From Myxococcota bacterium (GTDB lineage Bacteria; Myxococcota; JACRCW01), in the NCBI GenBank assembly GCA_040752415.1, contig JBFMGU010000006.1:1-64000 (forward strand): a stretch of 64,000 nt of DNA, given 5' to 3'. Below are positions 56,066 to 64,000 of the stretch, piece after piece; the first letter of the stretch is position 1; every line of letters begins with the position of its first letter. The notes beneath the pieces were generated by a model, which was given only the letters and a program-made list of their open reading frames with translations, was not told the DNA's origin and did not search any database. Position numbers and translations under genes: made by a program.

Positions 56066-57994
56066 TCACTCCGGGTCGCACATCCCGTCGCAGGTGGGCT
56101 CCACCACGCCATCCGGCTTGAGGAACCGCTTCTTCATCTCGATGGCCGCCGCGAGACGTCGCACCGCCTCGTGCGTCTCATTCCCTTCCGCGGCCTCGTT
56201 GGTGGGCGGGGGCGTCTTGCTCACCGGCACCCCGAAGTACACGTACGCCGACGGCGCCGTCTCCACCGTCTCAAAACCCCACGGCGTGCGTGCGCTCTGG
56301 CTGAGCAGCGGCAACCCCGCCGTCCCGTACACCATGTCGGAGGCCAGGTTGGGGACCTGCGCGTCGTCGGTGCCAATCTGCGAGAGCACGTAACGCACCG
56401 TCGAGCCCGGCAGCGGGTCCTTCACCACGTGCGGCGCATAGCTCACCGGGTCCGCGTAGTCCCACAGGCTCTGGATCATCGCCAGGATCACCTGTCGCTC
56501 CACGGGCACGCGGTAGCTGTCGTCGAACACCAGCGACATGGCCGGCCAGTTGGCGCTGCGCTGGATCATCATGGACCAGTTGCCCGCGCCCACCCCCACC
56601 ACGCCACGCTCGATGTCCGGCGTGAGCGCCAGGAACGTGAGCCCCATGATGCCGCCCAGGCTGTTGCCGTCGTAGTAGGTGGTTCCCTCGTCGATGAGCC
56701 GGCTCCCGTCGGCGCGCTGGAGCTCGGGCGCGTCGCCCAGGATGCCGCGCACGGTGCGCGTGAGCGCAATGGTGTCAATCACCGCCTGCTGCAGCCGGGA
56801 GGCGGTGCGGTGGAACAGGCTCATGTCCCGCAGCGCGTTGGTGACAATGCCCACGTCCTGCTCGGTGAGGCCGGTCCAGTTGGTGGCCGCCACCACATAG
56901 CCCAGCTCCTCGGCGAGACGACGCACGTGACCGCTCTGGATCTCGTCATAGCCGGAGCCCAGCAGCCCGTGCCCGTAGATGAGCAGCGGCACCGGCCCCG
57001 GGGCGTTCATGGCCTTGGGCGGCACCACCACGGTGAACTCACGGTCCCATTCCCCCGTCGCCACCGGGGTGCCGGACGCGTCGCGCGCCAGCGTGGCGGT
57101 GAAGCCGCCCTCGTCGGTGAGGAAGAGCGGGGAGCGGAAGGTCCCGTCCACCAGGCGCGCCACGTCCGGGTACGTGTTCTCCCGGGAGCGTGAGATGGCA
57201 TACGCAATGCCGCGGTTTCCCAGCGTCGTCAGCGCCTGCTCACGCATGCTGAGCAGCGCGCCGGTGATGGCTTCCTGGGAGGCGGTGTGCACCTCGAACG
57301 CGAGCAGCAGGTCGTCCCGGGTGAGCCCCAGCTGCGTCGCCACCTCCATGGCCTCCACCAGCGACGCCCGACGGGACTCCAGCCGCGCGCTGGTGGTGGG
57401 CAGACCGTCCAGCACCGCCTGGAACCCCGCGCTGCGCGGCACCGCGCTCCCGTCCAGCGCACGCACCCGGTGCGTCACCACGACGAGATAACGCGCATTG
57501 TTCCGCAGCCGCCGCATGGGCCGGATGATGAGCGTGCGCTCGCCGGGCTCCTCCACGGTCATGTCCAGCTCGGAGAAATGCGGCACGCGCTCCCGGCGCT
57601 CCACGTCGATCAACACGGTCCCGCTCTCGGCGGTGAGGCTGCGCGCAATGTCATCCTGCGGCGGCAAGGCGGTGTTGGAGATGGCCACCGGGAAATGCAC
57701 CATGTACGGCGCCGCGGGCGAGAACCCGTCCTGGTCCAGGGAGGTCACATCCACGGGAATTCCCTCACTGCTCAGCGGCGCGGCGCCCTGGGGGATGCGC
57801 ACGCGTCGACCGGTGACGGTGCTGGCGTCGACTTCCAGGTACATGCTGGAGGGGAACGGGTTGAGGCACTCCGGGCCGTAGCCCAGCGGATTGCACGGCT
57901 CCGCCGCCACGTTGACCGCCGGTGGCGTCCCCGACGTGGAAGAGCAGGAAACCAGGAGCAACAGGACCCACAACGGTTGACGACCTTGACGCAT
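56066..57994 (-). CDS. Secreted lipase-like lipoprotein (Ig-like N-domain plus alpha/beta hydrolase)
   Basis: GGAGG RBS; LLVSC lipobox; CLNPFPS, DGFSP, YGHGLLG, YDGNSLGG nucleophile elbow, DAQVPN, H near the C-terminus. Confidence 0.85.
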   Translation of the reverse strand: MRQGRQPLWVLLLLVSCSSTSGTPPAVNVAAEPCNPLGYGPECLNPFPSSMYLEVDASTVTGRRVRIPQGAAPLSSEGIPVDVTSLDQDGFSPAAPYMVHFPVAISNTALPPQDDIARSLTAESGTVLIDVERRERVPHFSELDMTVEEPGERTLIIRPMRRLRNNARYLVVVTHRVRALDGSAVPRSAGFQAVLDGLPTTSARLESRRASLVEAMEVATQLGLTRDDLLLAFEVHTASQEAITGALLSMREQALTTLGNRGIAYAISRSRENTYPDVARLVDGTFRSPLFLTDEGGFTATLARDASGTPVATGEWDREFTVVVPPKAMNAPGPVPLLIYGHGLLGSGYDEIQSGHVRRLAEELGYVVAATNWTGLTEQDVGIVTNALRDMSLFHRTASRLQQAVIDTIALTRTVRGILGDAPELQRADGSRLIDEGTTYYDGNSLGGIMGLTFLALTPDIERGVVGVGAGNWSMMIQRSANWPAMSLVFDDSYRVPVERQVILAMIQSLWDYADPVSYAPHVVKDPLPGSTVRYVLSQIGTDDAQVPNLASDMVYGTAGLPLLSQSARTPWGFETVETAPSAYVYFGVPVSKTPPPTNEAAEGNETHEAVRRLAAAIEMKKRFLKPDGVVEPTCDGMCDPE

Positions 57995-58093
57995 GACCGC
58001 GACCTCCGACGGGTGCGCAGTCTGCCGCCCGATGATGCATTTGGCCAGTCCGTCGCCATCCGACAAACCGCGGCTGTGCTAGAGAGATGGGTG

Positions 58094-59503
58094 ATGCGCA
58101 TCCGGTGGGTGATGGTGACGTTGCTGGGCGTGGCGGCGTGTCTCCCGGTGGTTCCCGAGTCCCCGTGCGAGACCAGCGACGATTGCGACGTGGAGCACCA
58201 TTGCGTGGATGGGAGCTGCGTGCCCCGGGACCAGGGTTCCTTCTCCACGTCGTCGTCAGCGGTCGCGAGCACTTCCTCCAGCGCCAGCTCCTCGAGCAGC
58301 GCTTCCTCTTCCGCGTCCTCCGCCGCCGTCAGCTCCTCGAGCGCGAGCGGAACCGCCAGCACATCCGACGTCACCTCCTCCAGCAGCGCCACGTCCACGT
58401 CGGGTGCCACCTCCTCCACCGGCGGAAGCAGCACGTCGCAGACCTCCTCCACCTCGTCGGGCAGCTCCACCACGTCGGCGGGAACGTCCTCCCCCAACGC
58501 CACCAGCAGCACCACCTCCACCAGCTCGTCCGCCACCAGCGCCGCGTCCACGTCGAGCAACACCACCTCGACGTCATCGACGGGGAGCACCACGTCCTCC
58601 AGCGGCTACCACGCCCCGCCCTTCTTCACCGCCTACAATGACCTGGCGTGGTTCTCCGGCCAGACCACCACCAGGATCAGCACGCTCACGCGCGGCCAAT
58701 CCGGGAATCTCGTCGACGCCAACACGGGCGTGGCGCTGGGCGCTTCCCTGTCCATCAGCGCGGGCGGCGCGGGCCCGTACGACACCTATGGCGCCATGCC
58801 CGCCCCGGGGACGGAGGCGCACAACTTCTTCGCGAGCCACGTGGATGGGGCCGGGCTCATCAGCTTTGACCCCTCCGACCTGGTGCTGACCTTCAGCTCG
58901 CTCCCCACGACGATGCGCTACGAGCTGGTCTTCCTGTGCAACCGCGACAACGCCACCTACACCGACCGGCTCACCCGCGTGACGCTTTCCGGGATGACGA
59001 CACTCATCAACGACAGCTCACCGGGCACGTCCTTCCAGCCGGGCACGGCCTCCACGGTCTTCTCTTGCGGTGCCAACGCGGAGGGACGGGTGGCGCGCTT
59101 CGTGGGTGTGGACCCCGGCTCCGACGGCGAGCTGGTCCTCACCATCTCCGACGGAGGCAGCCCCACGCCGCCCGCGTACTACGCCAACGCCGTCATGATC
59201 CGCGCCTTCCCGCCCGGCACGCTCTACAACGCGCGCCCCGTGGTCGACGCCGGCGCGGACTTCACCACCTCCATGGGCGGGCTCACCTTCCTGGCCGGTT
59301 CCGCCAGCGACGACGGGTATCCCGCCGCGTTCACCGCGCAATGGACGCCGGTCACCGGTCCGGGCACGGTCTTCTTTGGCGATCCCACGCAGCTCCAACC
59401 CGAGGTGAGCTTCTCCGCGGAGGGCACCTACGTGCTGCGGTTGGATGTCTCCGACGGAGAGCTGGTGGGCACCGACACCGTCACCATCTCCGTGACGCCC
59501 TGA
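58094..59503 (+). CDS. Lipoprotein: Cys-rich tip, long Ser/Thr stalk, beta-sandwich domain, C-terminal PKD-like domain
   Basis: GVAAC lipobox; CETSDDC..C..C; NARPVVDAGAD...SASDDG.P...W..V.GPG.V.F...GTYVLRL.VSDG. Confidence 0.85.
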   Translation: MRIRWVMVTLLGVAACLPVVPESPCETSDDCDVEHHCVDGSCVPRDQGSFSTSSSAVASTSSSASSSSSASSSASSAAVSSSSASGTASTSDVTSSSSATSTSGATSSTGGSSTSQTSSTSSGSSTTSAGTSSPNATSSTTSTSSSATSAASTSSNTTSTSSTGSTTSSSGYHAPPFFTAYNDLAWFSGQTTTRISTLTRGQSGNLVDANTGVALGASLSISAGGAGPYDTYGAMPAPGTEAHNFFASHVDGAGLISFDPSDLVLTFSSLPTTMRYELVFLCNRDNATYTDRLTRVTLSGMTTLINDSSPGTSFQPGTASTVFSCGANAEGRVARFVGVDPGSDGELVLTISDGGSPTPPAYYANAVMIRAFPPGTLYNARPVVDAGADFTTSMGGLTFLAGSASDDGYPAAFTAQWTPVTGPGTVFFGDPTQLQPEVSFSAEGTYVLRLDVSDGELVGTDTVTISVTP

Positions 59504-59659
59504 GCGGAGGACGGCGGCCAAATTCCGCGGTGGTTATATCCACGGTTGCGCGTGTGACGTCACCCAACCACGCGCCACAACCCTCACGGATGCCGCAACA
59601 CCTGGGCACGCGTGTCAGACACCTCGCGGCGTTCCCGCGGGTCCGGTTGGAGCCGCCGC

Positions 59660-61645
59660 ATGGTCACCTTCACCTCGCGTTACACCCGCTGGCTCCACTC
59701 CGTCTCGACCCACGACGTGGCCGCGGTGGGCACCCGGAACGCCCTGCTGGGCGAGATGGCACGCACGCTGGGGGCTCGGGGCATTCGCGTGCCCGGCGGG
59801 TTTGCCATCACCGTGGAGGCGTACCGCAGCTTCCTGCAGGAGAACGGGCTCTCCCGTCGGGTGACCCGTGCGCTGGACGACCTCTCGCTCGGGAAGGTGA
59901 CGTTGGAGGAAGCGGGTGCGCACCTCCGTGAGCACTTCCTCCGCGCCGAGTTTCCCGAGGAGCTGGCGCTGGCCATCCGCACCGCCTACCGCGAGCTGTG
60001 CCACCGCCACGCGGTCGACGAGGTGAACGTGGCGGTCCGCGGCAGCGCCACCCTGGAGGAGCATCCCCATCCCGACCCATTGCTCAACGTGCGTGGTGAG
60101 TCGGCCCTGCTGGAAGCCACGCGCGACTGCTTTGCCGCGCTGTTCAGCAACCGCGCCATTGCGTGGCGTCGGGACGGTGGCGTGGATCACCTGGGGGTGG
60201 CGCTCAGCGTGGGCGTTCAGAAGATGGTGCGCAGTGACATGGCGTGCGCCGGCGTGATGTCCAGCATGGACCACGAGACGGGCTTTCCCCACGCCGTGAT
60301 CATCCAGGCCAGCTGGGGCCTGGGCGCGCTTCACGCCGACGACACCGCCGACCAGTACACCGTCTTCAAGCCGCTGCTGCGGAGCCGGGACCACCGGCCC
60401 ATCGTCGAGAAACGGCTGGGCACGCAGCGGCGCAAGCTGGTGTACGGGCACAACGGCACGCCCACCACGTTCGTGGACACCTCCCCGGACGAGCGCGGCT
60501 CCTTCATCCTTGACGACGAGGAAATCTTGGAACTGGCGCGCCGCGCCTGCGCGGTGGAGGAGCACTTTGGCCGTCCCGTGGACCTGGCGTGGGCGCGCGA
60601 CGGGTTCACCGGGGAGCTCTACGTGGTGCACGCGCAGCCGCGGGCCCCGGCGCGACTCGGGACCGACCCGTTCCCGACGGACACGCCCACCACGCGCACG
60701 CAGATCATGATCAACCTGGCCAACCCCGCGGCGGCATTCCGCGCATGGAAGCTGCCCAGCCGTGGCATTGGCCTGGCGCGCCTGGAGCTGATCATCAACC
60801 ACTGCGTCAAGGTCCATCCCATGGCGCTGGTCCGCTACGACGAGCTGAAGGACGCCGCCCTCCGCGCCCAGGTCGACGGGCTCACCCGGGGTTATCGTCG
60901 GAAGACGGACTACTTCGTGGACTCGCTGGCGCGCGGGCTGGCCAAGCTTGCGTGCGCGCAGCATCCCTACCCGGTGATGGCGTGCCTCAGTGATTTCCGC
61001 AGCGACGAGCACGCCGGTCTCGTCGGCGGAGCGCTGTTCGAGCCCAGGGAGGTGAACCCCGTGCTCGGGCTGCGCGGCGCCTCCCGCTACTACAGCGACG
61101 CCTACCGGGAAGCGTTTGCGCTGGAGTGCCAGGCCCTCCGCAAGGTGCGCGAGGAGATGGGACTGAGGAACGTGGCGGTGATGGTCCCGTTCTGTCGCAC
61201 ACTGGAGGAGGCCGACCGGGTGCTGGAGCTGATGTCGCTGCACGGGCTGAAGCGCGGTGTCGACGGGCTGGAGGTGCACGTCACGGCGGAGGTCCCGGCC
61301 AACGTGATCCTGGCCGAGCAGTTCGCGGAGCGCTTTGACGGCTTCTCCATTGGCAGCAACGACCTCACGCAGCTGGTGCTGGGCGTGGACCGCGGCAACG
61401 GACCGCTGGCCGCGCTGTTCGACGAGCGCAATGACGCCGTCAAGGCGATGATCCGACAGCTCATCCGCGTGGCGCACGCGCGCGGACGCAAAGTGGGCAT
61501 CTGCGGCCCGGCTCCCAGCGTTCACCCGGAGTTCGCCCAGTTCCTCGTCGAGGCGGGCATTGACTCCATCTCCCTGCACCCGGACTGCGTGCTCGCGGTG
61601 CAGGAGCGCGTGGCCCAGGCGGAGCGCGCCCGCTACGGCGCCTGA
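59660..61645 (+). CDS. Phosphoenolpyruvate synthase (PpsA)-like protein lacking the central phospho-His domain
   Basis: N-domain VPGGFA, SVGVQKMVRSD; C-domain GIGLARLE, NPVLGLRGASRY, MVPFCRT, FSIGSNDLTQL.LG.DR, GICG; no GGxTxHAAI segment. Confidence 0.85.
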   Translation: MVTFTSRYTRWLHSVSTHDVAAVGTRNALLGEMARTLGARGIRVPGGFAITVEAYRSFLQENGLSRRVTRALDDLSLGKVTLEEAGAHLREHFLRAEFPEELALAIRTAYRELCHRHAVDEVNVAVRGSATLEEHPHPDPLLNVRGESALLEATRDCFAALFSNRAIAWRRDGGVDHLGVALSVGVQKMVRSDMACAGVMSSMDHETGFPHAVIIQASWGLGALHADDTADQYTVFKPLLRSRDHRPIVEKRLGTQRRKLVYGHNGTPTTFVDTSPDERGSFILDDEEILELARRACAVEEHFGRPVDLAWARDGFTGELYVVHAQPRAPARLGTDPFPTDTPTTRTQIMINLANPAAAFRAWKLPSRGIGLARLELIINHCVKVHPMALVRYDELKDAALRAQVDGLTRGYRRKTDYFVDSLARGLAKLACAQHPYPVMACLSDFRSDEHAGLVGGALFEPREVNPVLGLRGASRYYSDAYREAFALECQALRKVREEMGLRNVAVMVPFCRTLEEADRVLELMSLHGLKRGVDGLEVHVTAEVPANVILAEQFAERFDGFSIGSNDLTQLVLGVDRGNGPLAALFDERNDAVKAMIRQLIRVAHARGRKVGICGPAPSVHPEFAQFLVEAGIDSISLHPDCVLAVQERVAQAERARYGA

Positions 61646-61732
61646 ACCGCGGTGGCGACGGAGCACGCCGTGGGTTGACACGTGCCGCCAGATGGGATTG
61701 CCATTCGCCGCACGAACGAAGTGAGGCGAAAC

Positions 61733-62923
61733 ATGAAGCGGCGGATGGCGGTGCTGGTGGTGGTGTGGGCGGCGGCGTGCAGTGCGGGCAGTGGATCGGG
61801 GACCAGCGGTGCGTCGTCCTCCAGCGGGTCGGTGGAGTCCTCTTCCACGTCGGAGAGCGGCTCCTCCACGTCGGAGGGCTCCACCTCGTCGGGTGGGACC
61901 GGTTCCTCCAGCAGCACCTCCGGCGGCGAGACCCGGAGCTCCTCCACCAGCAGCGCCACGACGACCTCCACGTCGAGCGCGACATCATCCACGGGTTCGT
62001 CGAGCGCCACGGCCAGCTCGTCCTCCAGCTCGTCGTCCAGCTCCTCCAGCTCCTCCTCGGGAGTGGCCGTGGATGTCTCCGCCGCCAAGCGCGCCTATCT
62101 CACCAGCGCCGCGGCCTACGAGGTGCCGGTGGCCACCAGCGCGCTCGTCGTCGACGCGGTGTACACGGCGAGCATCCTGGGCGCGCAGGGCCAGGCCATC
62201 CTGACCACGGGGACCATCACCCAGGACGGCAACGGGCAGCTCAGCTACAGCAGCTCGCCGTCGGACCGGCTCCGCGTGGTGTACAGCGCGGGCGCCACCG
62301 TCGAGTACTTCATCTCGCAGATCGACGGGAACTTTGCCCTGGACTCCAGCGCCTTCCTCACCGAGGACCACGCGCTGAACTTCCGTTACGTGAACAGCGG
62401 CGTGGCGGACCTTCAGGTGGTGGCCTCGCGTTCCGGCAGCACCCAGCAGGGAAGCATGAACGGCACGCTGGTCATCGAGTCGGTGAGCCACACGGTGAGC
62501 TGCTCGCGGCAGGGCACGGTCACCAGCCAGGTGGACTCCGGCTTCGCCCGCACCGACAGCAACGAGACGGTGACCGGGACCATCACCGCCGCGGACTTCT
62601 CCATGACGGTGAATGAGCAGCGCGTGAGCGCCTTCCAGGTCTACAACGGGCAATCCGTCAACGACATCTCCCGGACCATCGACGACGCGTGGACCACGCA
62701 AGGCATTCCGTACACGCTCTCCGGCGGGCTCATCCAGAAGAGCTTCGTCGACGGCGTGGCGGCGCAGCTGGACTCCTACTGGCGCGCCGAGGGTCCCCTC
62801 ACGCGCGACGGCGTGCCGGTGGGTGGGCTGGGCTGGGGTCAGGACGGCCTGGCCATCCAGGTCTGGCTGGACGTGGGTGGGCAGCGCACGGTGCTGGAGA
62901 CCTACAGCGCGCCCCAATCGTGA
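61733..62923 (+). CDS. Lipoprotein with poly-Ser/Thr stalk and beta-rich C-domain
   Basis: GAGG RBS; MKRRMAVLVVVWAAAC lipobox. Confidence 0.8.
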   Translation: MKRRMAVLVVVWAAACSAGSGSGTSGASSSSGSVESSSTSESGSSTSEGSTSSGGTGSSSSTSGGETRSSSTSSATTTSTSSATSSTGSSSATASSSSSSSSSSSSSSSGVAVDVSAAKRAYLTSAAAYEVPVATSALVVDAVYTASILGAQGQAILTTGTITQDGNGQLSYSSSPSDRLRVVYSAGATVEYFISQIDGNFALDSSAFLTEDHALNFRYVNSGVADLQVVASRSGSTQQGSMNGTLVIESVSHTVSCSRQGTVTSQVDSGFARTDSNETVTGTITAADFSMTVNEQRVSAFQVYNGQSVNDISRTIDDAWTTQGIPYTLSGGLIQKSFVDGVAAQLDSYWRAEGPLTRDGVPVGGLGWGQDGLAIQVWLDVGGQRTVLETYSAPQS

Positions 62924-62929
62924 CGGAAG

Positions 62930-63066
62930 CCAGAAGTGCCCTTGCCCTGCCCGTGCCCGTGCCCGGCCTGTAGGTTCTCTCAGCGCAGAGGTTGTCTGCG
63001 GAGAACCCTCGTCGGGCGCTGAGCCCTCAAGCCGGGCACGGGCACGGGCAAGGGCAGCGTTTCTGG
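62930..63066. repeat. Inverted repeat built on (TGCCCG)n / (CGGGCA)n hexamers between convergent genes
   Basis: ccagaagtgcccttgccctgcccgtgcccgtgcccggc ... gccgggcacgggcacgggcaagggcagcgtttctgg. Confidence 0.8.
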
Positions 63067-63083
63067 GATTGGCCGACACACCC

Positions 63084-63911
63084 TCAGTTCCCGTCGATGC
63101 ACTTGCCGAAATACACCGACTCGCTCACCGCCTCGCCTTCCCCGTCGGTGAACTCGCCGTAGAGGCGGGGATTGCCGCCCACGCCGCCAATGGAGGGCTG
63201 CTTGGCGATGTGGATTGGGCCGTCGGTGGGCGTGATGACCATGTCCACCGTGGTCTCATACGGGTCCGTGGTGTGCGTGCCCTTGGTGTTGTTCTTGAAG
63301 CGCATGCGGCCGTTGAGCCCGCTCATGACAATCGCCTCGTCGACGTAGATGTAGGGCCCGGGATGGTTGGTGCAGCCGCTGAGGTCCACGTACGCGGACA
63401 GGTCCGTGGGCAGGTCAAAGTAGAGGTCCTTGGCGCCGAGCCCCTTCTTGCACCGGCCGAGATAGAACTCATCCGTGATGGGGTTCCACTTGTCGTCGAA
63501 GAGCTGCATGTAGATCAGCGGATTGCCGCCGGCGCCTCCCGCCGCCACCGACTTGGGGACCTGGATGGATTGCCCGTAGGGAATCATGTTGAGGCCAATG
63601 GTGGCCTCGATGTCACCGGACTTGTGCGTGCCCTTCTCGTTGTTCTGGAAGATGAGGTTCATCCCCGCGCCGCCCACGTACATCTCGCCGCTGATGGTGA
63701 CGTAGGGACCGCCGGACTGCTCACACCCCGTCACGCTGGGTTTGAGCTTGAGGTTGCCCCGCGTGGTGGTGGTGGCCGTCATGACGTGATCCGTGTACTG
63801 CACCGGCGCAAGCGCGCTCCCGGTCTCCGGGCTCGTCGTCTCCGGGCTGGCGTCGGCATCACATCCCACCGCCAGCGCTCCCGTGAGCAACAACCCCGCT
63901 CCCTTCAACAT
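63084..63911 (-). CDS. Lipoprotein with two tandem copies of an uncharacterised ~105-aa domain
   Basis: ALAVGC lipobox; both halves share GC....GPY, F.NN.KGTH, GG.GGNP..Y, Y.G.C. Start uncertain (63911-63992). Confidence 0.8.
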   Translation of the reverse strand: MLKGAGLLLTGALAVGCDADASPETTSPETGSALAPVQYTDHVMTATTTTRGNLKLKPSVTGCEQSGGPYVTISGEMYVGGAGMNLIFQNNEKGTHKSGDIEATIGLNMIPYGQSIQVPKSVAAGGAGGNPLIYMQLFDDKWNPITDEFYLGRCKKGLGAKDLYFDLPTDLSAYVDLSGCTNHPGPYIYVDEAIVMSGLNGRMRFKNNTKGTHTTDPYETTVDMVITPTDGPIHIAKQPSIGGVGGNPRLYGEFTDGEGEAVSESVYFGKCIDGN

Positions 63912-64000
63912 GCACTCCGCGCGATGGTAACGACCCATGTGCATCGCTCCCTCTGCTTGTCGACGGGAACCCGGCGGACAAGCTGGTGTCATGCGTGGCC

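Noticed and set aside
57287..58093. N-terminal extension of the 738-aa ORF
   Set aside because: Antisense to the lipase-like gene; the real start is at the signal peptide, 58094

Overview
Very GC-rich bacterial window, most likely Myxococcota: two MYXO-CTERM-type C-terminal anchors, many lipoproteins with Ser-rich or PDAA linkers, and a SWIM-SNF2 helicase. About 55 protein-coding genes are supported. A few are housekeeping (argS, gpmA, plsC-type acyltransferase); most encode secreted or lipoprotein hypotheticals, small enzymes and regulators. I saw no rRNA, tRNA, CRISPR array, transposase, integrase or phage gene. Most other ORF-track entries are antisense or alternate-frame shadows, and I moved many start codons to sites with an RBS or signal peptide. 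Main points of interest: (1) a four-gene secreted surface module with two tandem paralogs of an uncharacterised family (4.7-11.4 kb); (2) at least seven intergenic inverted-repeat (REP/REPIN-like) elements of several families, including a 462-bp palindrome; (3) an ArsR-SRPBCC cassette lying between two decaying copies of a hydrolase/REP/rhodanese-tail segment; (4) a PEP-synthase homolog lacking its phospho-His domain and a rhodanese lacking its catalytic Cys; (5) a lipoprotein with five 8-Cys modules; (6) a candidate amine/polyamine utilisation cluster with an uncalled 56-aa membrane peptide coupled to an NCS1 permease; (7) a DUF3175-like gene fused in frame to a small basic protein. All family assignments come from motif recognition by eye, not database searches.
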